Below the pieces are notes generated by a model, which worked only from the letters and a program-made list of their open reading frames with translations, was not told the origin of the DNA and did no database searches. This document shows, in pieces, positions 50,570 to 58,556 of a stretch of DNA of 59,632 nt. This stretch comes from a virus. The stretch lies in the IMG/VR virus record IMGVR_UViG_3300046501_000385; one strand, 5' to 3'. Position 1 is the first letter of the stretch; each line of letters starts with the position of its first letter. The translations under genes were made by a program, and so were the position numbers.

Positions 50570-51545
50570 GCGCTCCGCAATCGAGTGGTGCGACGGCACC
50601 GTGAATTTCTGGTGGGGCTGCACGAAAGTCGGCCCAGGCTGCGACAACTGCTATGCCGAGGACTATAACAATTTCCGTGGCAATAAGCTTTGGGGCCCGA
50701 ACACTGAGCGCCGCCCGATCAAAGGCGCGCCAAGCCTTCTCTCCAAGCTTCAGCGCTCGGCAGCGGATTTCCACGCGCAGTATGGCCGCCCTCGCCGTGT
50801 CTTCATGCAGTCGATGTCAGACACCTTCGACAACGAGGCTGACGACGAACTGCGTGCTGACCTCTTTGCCCAGGCGGCCGCGGCCGATGCTGTCCGCATC
50901 ATCTTCCTGACGAAACGCATCAGCAACGTCCTCAAGATGATCCCGGCGGCATGGCGAGACCGCGGCTGGCCGAAACACATCGGCTTGATGGTCACCGTCG
51001 TCACACAGCGGGAAGCCGAGCGCGATATCCCTCGCCTGCTCGAGCTCAAGAAGCAGCTCCGCATTCCGTGGGTAGGCGTCAGCATTGAGCCGATGCTTGA
51101 GCCAATGAAGCTGCGCCAACTTCGCGTCGGCAAGTTCATGCTCGACGCCATAACCGGGCAATGGTCATACGCCCACTCGATGACGCTGGCTGCACTGCCC
51201 GATCGCCTTCCCGGCCTCGACTGGGTGATTGTAGGCGGCGAGAGCGGAAAGAACGCTCGTCCGATTCATCCGAACTGGGTGCGCGATATCCGCCGCGAGT
51301 GCTCTGTTCTCGCTGCGTTCTTGTTCAAGCAGTGGGGCGAATGGGCGCCGGATAGCGATTTGCATCCGGCCGTCCGAGCGAATTTTATCAAGCGCCGCGT
51401 CGAGCGCCAGGAGCTGCACCGCGATCCCAGCGCCTTCGCGACGGTCCAGCTTGAAATCATGACCATGTACCGCGTCGGCAAGCATGCCGCCGGCCGCCTT
51501 CTCGACGGCGCCGAGTATCTTGCCTTTCCGAAGGAGTTGCAGTGA
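50562..51545 (+). CDS. Phage Gp37/Gp68-family (DUF5131) protein
   Basis: IEWCDGTVNFWWGCTKVGPGCDNCYAE ... DWVIVGGESG ... PIHPNWVRDIRREC is the family signature. Confidence 0.8.
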   Translation: MAERSAIEWCDGTVNFWWGCTKVGPGCDNCYAEDYNNFRGNKLWGPNTERRPIKGAPSLLSKLQRSAADFHAQYGRPRRVFMQSMSDTFDNEADDELRADLFAQAAAADAVRIIFLTKRISNVLKMIPAAWRDRGWPKHIGLMVTVVTQREAERDIPRLLELKKQLRIPWVGVSIEPMLEPMKLRQLRVGKFMLDAITGQWSYAHSMTLAALPDRLPGLDWVIVGGESGKNARPIHPNWVRDIRRECSVLAAFLFKQWGEWAPDSDLHPAVRANFIKRRVERQELHRDPSAFATVQLEIMTMYRVGKHAAGRLLDGAEYLAFPKELQ

Positions 51546-52246
51546 TGGCCTCAACTGAATGCGCCTATGTTGTAGTGGAAGCCGACGACAACTCCGGCGG
51601 CATCGTATTCGCCAAGAGCGCCAAGCAGGCCCGCCGCCGCGGTGCGTGTGAATTCGGGGACGGCGAACCGGAGCACGTCATCGCCTACCGCGCCAAGTGG
51701 GCTGACTGGTGTGCTCCCTCCGGCATCGTGCACGCAAGCTTGATGATCGAATACGGCTGGCACTTCGAATGCCATGGGTGCGCCAACAGGATCGATCTCG
51801 ACTGGCTGGCCGAGAACAACCTCTCTACCGACGACGTCATCGGCACGCAGGGCAGCGTCGTCTACTGCTGCGCCCATTGCAAAGCCGCTGACGAACGCGT
51901 CGAAGCCGAAAAGAAGCGTGTCGGCGAAGCCTTCCTTGAGACCATGCGCGCGGTGGTTCGGCAGCGGTTCGGCGACGTGAACTTTCATGACGTCGACGAC
52001 GATTTTAAGCCGAGCGCCTACATCCTCCCCCAGGACGGAGCCTATGGCATCGGTAGCGCTACCATTCACTTCGACTTCCCCGGCATGGCGATCGCGCCCG
52101 CCACGATCGAATTCAGATGGCCGTACAGCTTTCGCTGGGACGGCATCGGCCCTGTGAAGCTCGTCTATCGCTGCTGCGCCGGTGATCAGAAGGCGTTCGA
52201 GCAATTTGCTGATCAAACCAAAGGGGCTACCCAACATGCAGCCTGA
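51545..52246 (+). CDS. Hypothetical Cys-rich protein
   Basis: 233 aa with CHGC...CCAHC motifs and an aaggag SD. Confidence 0.5.
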   Translation: MASTECAYVVVEADDNSGGIVFAKSAKQARRRGACEFGDGEPEHVIAYRAKWADWCAPSGIVHASLMIEYGWHFECHGCANRIDLDWLAENNLSTDDVIGTQGSVVYCCAHCKAADERVEAEKKRVGEAFLETMRAVVRQRFGDVNFHDVDDDFKPSAYILPQDGAYGIGSATIHFDFPGMAIAPATIEFRWPYSFRWDGIGPVKLVYRCCAGDQKAFEQFADQTKGATQHAA

Positions 52247-52556
52247 AACTAAGCCGCTCGACGTGGCTGAACTGAAGCCCTGTGCCTTGTGCAAGCGCGG
52301 GATGATGCACTCCGGGTCCCCGGTTTTCTACGAGCTCAACTTTGCCACCTGTGTCGTGGACCTGCCCAATATACAGCGCATGCACGGTCTTGAGACGATG
52401 ATGGGTGGCAACGTCGGCGTTGCCCGCGCATTTTCGCCTTCCAACAACGTTGCGCACCGGATGCCGGCCACCCGTTCCATGATCTGCAGCGAGTGCGCCG
52501 AAACGCGTCCAATCCTTCCGCTCTTGCTCTTGGAGGAAGAGGCAGATGCAGCCTGA
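52236..52556 (+). CDS. Hypothetical Cys-containing protein
   Basis: ATG 52236 (MQPETKPL). 11-nt overlap junction ATGCAGCCTGA. Confidence 0.5.
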   Translation: MQPETKPLDVAELKPCALCKRGMMHSGSPVFYELNFATCVVDLPNIQRMHGLETMMGGNVGVARAFSPSNNVAHRMPATRSMICSECAETRPILPLLLLEEEADAA

Positions 52557-52839
52557 GATCAAGAGTTTCACTCCGACCATCGAAGAGTTTGAACGGCTGT
52601 TGGTGCAAGCACTCCCCAGCTGGGCACGCGAACATATCGAACGCCTAAAGGCCTTAAAGTTAGCACTTCAACCGCTGAAGCAGGTTCACGAATGCATTGT
52701 CCGGCAGCGGCAGGGTTGGGCGAACGAGGCTTTCATCATTTTCGAAAGCGACCTTGACGAGCGCGTGCGTTTCACCTTCGGCCAGTTGGACGCGATTGTT
52801 CGCGCCATGTCCGAACCACAGAGTGAGGAATCGGCATGA
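52546..52839 (+). CDS. Hypothetical protein
   Basis: MQPEIKSF start with the same ATGCAGCCTGA overlap junction as the previous gene. Confidence 0.5.
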   Translation: MQPEIKSFTPTIEEFERLLVQALPSWAREHIERLKALKLALQPLKQVHECIVRQRQGWANEAFIIFESDLDERVRFTFGQLDAIVRAMSEPQSEESA

Positions 52840-53177
52840 CGGACCGTATCTGCTGCCTCAACCCGACCTGCAAGCGCAGCGCCGCCGAGGAGAAGCACCC
52901 CGGTTCAACCTACATTGTCTGCGCCAAGTGCTGGCGCTCGATGCCCCGCGAGTTCAAGGGCCGGTGGAAGACGCTGAACGCCCGCAGCCGGAAGCTTTCG
53001 CGCATGTCCAACAAGCCGTCATTCAACCGGCCGGAGCGCACCCCCCAGTGGGACCGCCTTGCCGACATCTATGACCGCGCTTGGGCCGCCCTGACCATGG
53101 CGATCAAGCACTACTACACCGCGGGCGAACGCCCGATCGGCATCGAGGACTTCTTGAAGGAGAATGGCATTGTATAG
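52836..53177 (+). CDS. Hypothetical zinc-ribbon-like protein
   Basis: 113 aa with CCLNPTCK...CAKC. ATGA overlap. Confidence 0.5.
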   Translation: MTDRICCLNPTCKRSAAEEKHPGSTYIVCAKCWRSMPREFKGRWKTLNARSRKLSRMSNKPSFNRPERTPQWDRLADIYDRAWAALTMAIKHYYTAGERPIGIEDFLKENGIV

Positions 53178-54066
53178 TCCTGAAATCTGCTTCTACCACG
53201 GCGACTGCTTGGACGGTTTCACCGCCGCCTGGGCAATCTGGAAATCTTGGCCGCGCTGCGAGTTTCGCCCAGGCCATTACGGCAAGCCGCTTCCCCTCGA
53301 TGGCATCGCCGGCAAGAACGTTCTGTTCGTCGACTTTTCGGCCAGCGCCATTCAGCTCGAAGCGATCGGCAGCGTTGCGGCGTCCGTCATCGTGCTCGAC
53401 CACCACAAGACCGCCGAGGCAGACCTTGAAGCCTATCGCTCCGATTTCCTCATGGAAGACTTCAATGTGGAGCTCAAAACGCGAGCTCTGCACGGTCGAA
53501 GCCCGATTGTCGCGTTCTTCGACATGGAACGTTCGGGAGCTTCGATGGCTTGGGAGTTTGCAAATATCGACTGCGGCAAGCGTGCATCTAAAGCGGTACC
53601 GAGCCTTATCGTCTATGTTGAGGACCGCGACCTATGGCGGTTCCGCTACGGCGATCGTACCCGGGCTATCGCCGCGGCGCTCCAGACATACCCCATGGAG
53701 TTTGACGTCTGGTCGATGCTCTCACGTCAGCACCTCGAGCTGGAGCAAGAAGGCAACGCAATCCTTCGGGCGAATCGCGCCAACGTCGCCAAGATCCTGA
53801 AAGACGCCTACGAGCACACGATCGCCAACCACACCGTGCCAGTCGTCAACTCCCCCTACCACTACGCAAGCGACGCCGGAAACGAGCTGCTGAAAGCCTA
53901 TCCGGACGCACCATTCGCGGCGACGTGGTTCCGCCGCTCTGACGGCTTCATCCAATGGTCGCTCCGGTCTGAGGAAGGCCGCATCGATGTCTCCGAGATC
54001 GCGAAGCGGTTGGGCGGCGGCGGGCATCGTAATGCGGCCGGTTTTCAGGAGGTGGTACATGCATGA
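53164..54066 (+). CDS. DHH/DHHA1-family phosphoesterase
   Basis: YHGDCLDG (motif I), VLDHHKT (DHH), GASMAWEF and GGGGHRNAAGF (DHHA1). Confidence 0.7.
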   Translation: MALYSPEICFYHGDCLDGFTAAWAIWKSWPRCEFRPGHYGKPLPLDGIAGKNVLFVDFSASAIQLEAIGSVAASVIVLDHHKTAEADLEAYRSDFLMEDFNVELKTRALHGRSPIVAFFDMERSGASMAWEFANIDCGKRASKAVPSLIVYVEDRDLWRFRYGDRTRAIAAALQTYPMEFDVWSMLSRQHLELEQEGNAILRANRANVAKILKDAYEHTIANHTVPVVNSPYHYASDAGNELLKAYPDAPFAATWFRRSDGFIQWSLRSEEGRIDVSEIAKRLGGGGHRNAAGFQEVVHA

Positions 54067-54319
54067 GGCACTGAAGAAGGCGGCGCGTCCGCTCGGTGGC
54101 AATGAGCGTGACGTTTTCCGGCAGCTTTTCATCCATGGTCCAACGCAGGACGGCGACCTTATTTCCAAGGTTGGCCGTGATGGCCTCGTAGAACGCGGCC
54201 TAGCCGTTCGCAATGACGGCTGGCAGACGTTGACCGAGGCGGGATTCGTTGCCGCGATGGCAGCTGGTTACAGCTACGATAAGGACAAGTGGCAGAACAA
54301 GCGGAGATCGCGCCCATGA
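54059..54319 (+). CDS. Hypothetical protein
   Basis: ATG 54059, 8-nt overlap with the DHH gene stop. 86 aa. Confidence 0.5.
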   Translation: MHEALKKAARPLGGNERDVFRQLFIHGPTQDGDLISKVGRDGLVERGLAVRNDGWQTLTEAGFVAAMAAGYSYDKDKWQNKRRSRP

Positions 54320-54477
54320 CCCGCCGCATCCGTCTGTCTATCTCGCGCGCCCTTGCATGGCTCGCGATTGTCGCGATCCCCGACGGCGAAGGCGATCCCA
54401 CCGTCAAATTGAGTGAAGCCGAATGGTCGCTGAAGCGCCGCATCGAGGACCTTTCGAAGGAGAACGGCATTGTCTGA
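54316..54477 (+). CDS. Hypothetical small membrane-associated protein
   Basis: ATG 54316 (ATGA overlap). 53 aa ending IEDLSKENGIV. Confidence 0.4.
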   Translation: MTRRIRLSISRALAWLAIVAIPDGEGDPTVKLSEAEWSLKRRIEDLSKENGIV

Positions 54478-55297
54478 ACCATACGGCTACGCGTTCCAGC
54501 ACGAGGAAACCGGCTTGCAGCAGGTTGTGGATGTGCAGCAAGTTGAGTGGGGGTTTGAAAAGAACAATCCGCGCTGGAAGAAACTCGGCCCGGTCTATTT
54601 TCAGCCCCCAACAGATAGTGAGACCATCGAAGCCCTGAAGGCTCGTGTGGCCGAACTCGAAAGGCTCGTTTACGTCCCCGGCCTCTGGAAGTGCGCCAAG
54701 TGCAAGTTCTCCCTTATGCAGGCCACTATCAGTGCCCACAGCGGCGCTATAGGCACTCGCGATGAACCGGGAGAGCGCTGCCCGAACTGTGATGTGCCGC
54801 TTTGGCGGGTGACCGAGCGGGATAGCGGGAATGAACTAGCTGTACGGTGCGAAGAGGCAATTCTTGAATGCATCGAACTGCGGAAGGACAAAGTGCTCCT
54901 CGATGCCCTCGCCGGCAATTACTGGGACCTGCGTTGTGTCTCTTCTCCGATCGCAGATACCGGAGACGGTGACGTCGACTGGATGGTCATTGGGCACCAC
55001 ATGGCGGCTCCTTGCGAGCGTGAGGTGGCGCGAGCCTATACGGATGATCCCCGCGTTGCCATACGTCGCGCCGCCCGAGCAAGTGACAAAGATGCAGAGC
55101 GTTGTGTCGCGTGTGATGAGGTGCTGCACGATGGCGATTCTGTCTACTACGAGAATTGCGAGGGCGGCCACCTCCATGCCTCATGCGCCGGAGACGATCC
55201 AGAGAGCTTCGTCGACGAAGACGAGGTGCCCCTCAAAAAGGACGACGCCGTTCCCGCTCCATTCGCTTACAGGGTAGAGGGCCGCGCCGATGTCTGA
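54470..55297 (+). CDS. Hypothetical protein with zinc-ribbon motifs
   Basis: TTG start after GAAGGAGA. CAKCKF...CPNCDV and CVACDE motifs. 275 aa. Confidence 0.5.
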   Translation: MSEPYGYAFQHEETGLQQVVDVQQVEWGFEKNNPRWKKLGPVYFQPPTDSETIEALKARVAELERLVYVPGLWKCAKCKFSLMQATISAHSGAIGTRDEPGERCPNCDVPLWRVTERDSGNELAVRCEEAILECIELRKDKVLLDALAGNYWDLRCVSSPIADTGDGDVDWMVIGHHMAAPCEREVARAYTDDPRVAIRRAARASDKDAERCVACDEVLHDGDSVYYENCEGGHLHASCAGDDPESFVDEDEVPLKKDDAVPAPFAYRVEGRADV

Positions 55298-55661
55298 GCA
55301 CGAACGCATCTGGCTTGAGCCTGCCGGAGCGCCTGACCGCTGCTGGTGCCAGGACAACGTGTGGGGCGATGAGGCCGTAGAGTATGTCCGCGCCGATCTC
55401 GTATCGTCGCCCGAGCAGCAGGTTGACTCGGACGCTATAGCGTTAGCAGCCGTCGAGGCCATCTTCGCAGACCTTCGCGACCGGCGGTTCCTGAAATGGC
55501 TCTTCGACCCACGCGGCGATTTCAACGTGATCGGTCATTTCGATGACGGCGACGAGCTGACAGGCCTCGACCTCGCCACGCAAGGCCAGATTAAGGCCGC
55601 GTGGCAGATAATCATCGCCAACGCCCTCTCCACCGCATCTACGGAGGGGTCGGAAGGATGA
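55290..55661 (+). CDS. Hypothetical protein
   Basis: 123 aa, 8-nt overlap upstream. Confidence 0.5.
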   Translation: MSEHERIWLEPAGAPDRCWCQDNVWGDEAVEYVRADLVSSPEQQVDSDAIALAAVEAIFADLRDRRFLKWLFDPRGDFNVIGHFDDGDELTGLDLATQGQIKAAWQIIIANALSTASTEGSEG

Positions 55662-55996
55662 GCTACCAGCAGCGCATGTTCCCGATACTATTCTCCTATC
55701 ACCGGATTGACGATGTCTTCCGGGTTATCAGGCAGCACGGCTCAACCTCGATCTGCGTCCAGATCCCGTGGGCGATGCTTGAACCGCACGAAGATCAGGC
55801 GATCAAAAATCACAGCCAGAGCCTTAACCGGTTGGCGGAGCGAGGGGGGCTCAGCACGCACGAAGCGCTTGCTGTCCTAGAGGATCGCCCTTGGCGAAAC
55901 ATGGGCTACGGAGCTGCGAACGCCCTTCTTCTCCTAGCCGTCGAACGCTGGACGGCACGGCAAAGCGAGCCCCCGGCAGCAGAGGAGACGCCGTGA
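55658..55996 (+). CDS. Hypothetical protein
   Basis: ATG 55658 with ggaagg SD and an ATGA overlap. 112 aa. Confidence 0.5.
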   Translation: MSYQQRMFPILFSYHRIDDVFRVIRQHGSTSICVQIPWAMLEPHEDQAIKNHSQSLNRLAERGGLSTHEALAVLEDRPWRNMGYGAANALLLLAVERWTARQSEPPAAEETP

Positions 55997-56208
55997 TGCG
56001 TATCATCGAAAAGCGCCGCGGCTACTTCTGCGGCACGCACAAGGGCGCCACCATCGAGATCGAGCGCGATCACGACTATCCGGACCGCAAGTTCTACATC
56101 CGCGTCCGCTGGAAGGACGGCGGATACCTATACGACGGGTATTCGCCAGAGGGCATCGAAACGATGGCCCAGGCAAAGAAGGAAGCTATCCGAGGAGCAT
56201 GCCTATGA
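55996..56208 (+). CDS. Hypothetical protein
   Basis: ATG 55996 (TGATG overlap). 70 aa. Confidence 0.5.
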   Translation: MRIIEKRRGYFCGTHKGATIEIERDHDYPDRKFYIRVRWKDGGYLYDGYSPEGIETMAQAKKEAIRGACL

Positions 56209-56420
56209 ATGACTGCCGTCACCCTCTCCGCGATCGCGTCAAAGGCGGCTACGGCGGCTGGACGATCAAACGTTACCCCCTGCGCTACGGCAGCGCGGAG
56301 GTCGATATTTGTGAACGATGCGGCGCTTGGACGATGCCGGTTCACAGCCCTGGCAAATGGAACGCAGGCCCATATGGCGTGGCTCGCGCTCAAGCGATCA
56401 AGGAGTGCGAGGAGCTATGA
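56205..56420 (+). CDS. Hypothetical protein
   Basis: ATG 56205, 7 nt after gaggag. 71 aa. Confidence 0.45.
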   Translation: MNDCRHPLRDRVKGGYGGWTIKRYPLRYGSAEVDICERCGAWTMPVHSPGKWNAGPYGVARAQAIKECEEL

Positions 56421-56974
56421 ATCGACAAATGATTAATTTCGGCGCGGTTCCTGTCCCCTACGCTGCCTCCTGGACGTCCGAGCAGGGCCAGATGACCGTT
56501 GGCATCTGCCGCCATACAAACCGCTTATCGATCTGCGAGCCCGAGGGTCGCGGAATTGGCAAACCCGTGTTCGGCAAGCCTCACATGAACCGGCAGCGCG
56601 AAGTAATCATGTGGGATCTCTGCGACCTTTGCGCCAAGCCACTCAAGGGCCGCACCAAGGTTTCGCTGTCTCACGCACGAGAAGTAGTCAGCGGCGGCGG
56701 CGGCATGTGCGTGATGCAGGTCGAGCCGATGGTGCATAAGGACTGCGCGGTCACCTGCATAGAGCACTGCCCTTCTCTGAAACGCGACATCCGCAATGGG
56801 ACACTGTTCGTTCGGCAGGTATTGAAGCATAGGCACCAGATAGCCTTGCTGACTTCAGCGGCCGTCGAGGAATTCACCGGCCAGCGCCGTGAGGGCGTTT
56901 CAGGCCACGCAAAGGTCGAACTGGTGCGCTGGATCGATCGTGACCTCTCTTGGGTCACCGGAGAGCAGGAGTGA
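56417..56974 (+). CDS. Hypothetical Cys-rich protein
   Basis: ATG 56417 (ATGA overlap). 185 aa. Confidence 0.5.
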   Translation: MNRQMINFGAVPVPYAASWTSEQGQMTVGICRHTNRLSICEPEGRGIGKPVFGKPHMNRQREVIMWDLCDLCAKPLKGRTKVSLSHAREVVSGGGGMCVMQVEPMVHKDCAVTCIEHCPSLKRDIRNGTLFVRQVLKHRHQIALLTSAAVEEFTGQRREGVSGHAKVELVRWIDRDLSWVTGEQE

Positions 56975-57420
56975 GCCGCGAACTCTTTGTCGTTCCAATG
57001 GATCTGGAAAGTGCCAATGATTGGGTGTCGATGTTTCATCGGCACCACAACCCGGTAGTGGGCCACAAATTCAGTCTTGGCTGCATGAAGGCCAACGACA
57101 TCGTCGGCGTTGTGATCGTTGGCCGGCCCGTTTCCCGCGTTCGCGACAACGGGTGGACGTTAGAAGTAACTCGGCTGGCGACGGACGGCACTAAGAACGC
57201 ATGCAGCTTTCTTTATGGTGCGGCAGCGCGAGCGGGATTTGCCCTGGGCTACAGGCGGATCGGCACCTACATCCTCGCATCCGAGACCGGAACTTCATTG
57301 CGGGCCGCAGGCTGGCGACAGGTGGCCGAAGTCCGAGGCCGGTCTTGGAACGCTCCGTCGCGACCGCGCGTCGACAAGCATCCTACCCTCGATAAAATTC
57401 TCTTTGAGACTTTCCCATGA
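56971..57420 (+). CDS. GNAT-fold XF1762-family-like protein
   Basis: GTG 56971 (GTGA overlap). ANDWVSMFHRHHNPVVGHKF...VIVGRPVSRVRDNGWTLEVTRLATDG...NACSFLYGAAARA...GTSLRAAGW matches my recollection of that family. Confidence 0.4.
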   Translation: MSRELFVVPMDLESANDWVSMFHRHHNPVVGHKFSLGCMKANDIVGVVIVGRPVSRVRDNGWTLEVTRLATDGTKNACSFLYGAAARAGFALGYRRIGTYILASETGTSLRAAGWRQVAEVRGRSWNAPSRPRVDKHPTLDKILFETFP

Positions 57421-57617
57421 AGTCCTGCCACTGGGTTAGCGCCAAAAACGTTTCGGGCGGCCGATTTCTCGTTCCCGGCTGCTGGAGCCGGGCGCTTAAC
57501 GACGACGCTGAGTGCCATTGCGACACACCCCGAAACAAACTGAGGGACTTATACGAGGCTGCGATGCGGCGCATTGATGACCTCGAAGCGCGGTTGGCGA
57601 CGCTGGAAGAACGATAA
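57417..57617 (+). CDS. Hypothetical protein
   Basis: 66 aa, ATGA overlap. Last gene of the rightward operon. Confidence 0.45.
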   Translation: MKSCHWVSAKNVSGGRFLVPGCWSRALNDDAECHCDTPRNKLRDLYEAAMRRIDDLEARLATLEER

Positions 57618-57642
57618 TCCACAGATGCGACGAAGGCTTTCA

Positions 57643-57659
57643 GTTGTTTTTTAAACAAC
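57643..57659. promoter_or_regulatory. Operator, GTTGTTTTTTAAACAAC, upstream of the excision/integration promoter
   Basis: Same palindrome family as the CI/Cro switch sites. Confidence 0.55.
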
Positions 57660-57664
57660 CGTGC

Positions 57665-57693
57665 TTGCATCCATTCGCATGCTATCGCATATT
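57665..57693 (+). promoter_or_regulatory. Candidate promoter TTGCAT-N17-CATATT for the alpA-like/int region
   Basis: Hexamers at 57665..57670 and 57688..57693, directly after the operator. Confidence 0.4.
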
Positions 57694-57783
57694 GCTGATG
57701 CGGACAGACCGACGGCGAGCACATCGCCATTCCCCCAAATCAGATTGATTGCGGCCAGCTACATCGAGCGGCCGGAGGTCTCA

Positions 57784-57987
57784 ATGTCCGAGTTTTCCAA
57801 AGTCCCCGTTGATCCGTATCTGACCCTGAAGGATATCAGGGCAATCACCCAGGTGAACCCGAGCACCATCTATCGCTGGATCGAGGCAGGCACCTTCCCT
57901 CGCGGCAAGCAGCTCGGCGCGAATTGCGTTCGCTGGCGGGCGTCCGACATTCAGGCTTGGCAAGAAGGCCATCAGGACGCGGCATAA
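57784..57987 (+). CDS. AlpA-family DNA-binding protein / excisionase
   Basis: YLTLKDIRAITQVNPSTIYRWIEAGTFPRGKQLGANCVRWRASDIQAW is the AlpA/MerR-like Xis signature. SD ggagg. Confidence 0.7.
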   Translation: MSEFSKVPVDPYLTLKDIRAITQVNPSTIYRWIEAGTFPRGKQLGANCVRWRASDIQAWQEGHQDAA

Positions 57988-57998
57988 GGAGAAGCGCT

Positions 57999-58343
57999 AT
58001 GAGCGAAAATGCTTGGGTGAACAACGACGATGTGGCGAAGATGACCGCCGCCCTCAGCGCCTTCCGAGCTTATGAATGGTGGTTCAAGACTGAGAACCCT
58101 GACCCGGGTGAAGGGTGCCTGTCTCCGCTAGTGCTTCAGAACATGAAGCTTGGGTATGAGAATGGCTCACTCTACCCGACGATGCACCAGTTCAAAAACC
58201 TTCTGACAACGGCTATCTTCTACCAGCAGAAGTGCTTTTCGTTCGCCGGAACCGCGATAAATCGAGCGAATGAAAAAGCGGGCATAGATGCGGGCACCCA
58301 CAACGATGCCAGTCAAATCGTCCCAGCAAAATCAACCCTTTAG
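57999..58343 (+). CDS. Hypothetical protein
   Basis: ATG 57999 with aaggagaag SD. 114 aa. Confidence 0.5.
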   Translation: MSENAWVNNDDVAKMTAALSAFRAYEWWFKTENPDPGEGCLSPLVLQNMKLGYENGSLYPTMHQFKNLLTTAIFYQQKCFSFAGTAINRANEKAGIDAGTHNDASQIVPAKSTL

Positions 58344-58445
58344 AGCGCCAAAGTAGACGGACACCTCTTCCGCCAATTCCCCTTCTCATAGCGTTGCATA
58401 TCTTCGCTTTAGCCCTTGATATCCGGGCTTTTTGGGTGTCCTCTG

Positions 58446-58530
58446 TTCGCATACATTCGCATCGAGTAGCGCCTATGCCCACGCATTTGTGGGCATTTCT
58501 GCGGGCATCTTCTCGGCGAAGTGTGGGCAT
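58446..58530. promoter_or_regulatory. Repeat cluster upstream of int (candidate attP core/arm or int regulatory sites)
   Basis: TTCGCAT x2 spaced 10 bp (58446, 58456). ATGCCCAC-N6-GTGGGCAT inverted repeat (58475..58496). Further GCGGGCAT (58501) and GTGGGCAT (58523). Confidence 0.4.
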
Positions 58531-58556
58531 CGCGTTTCAGGGGGCAAGACGCCGCT

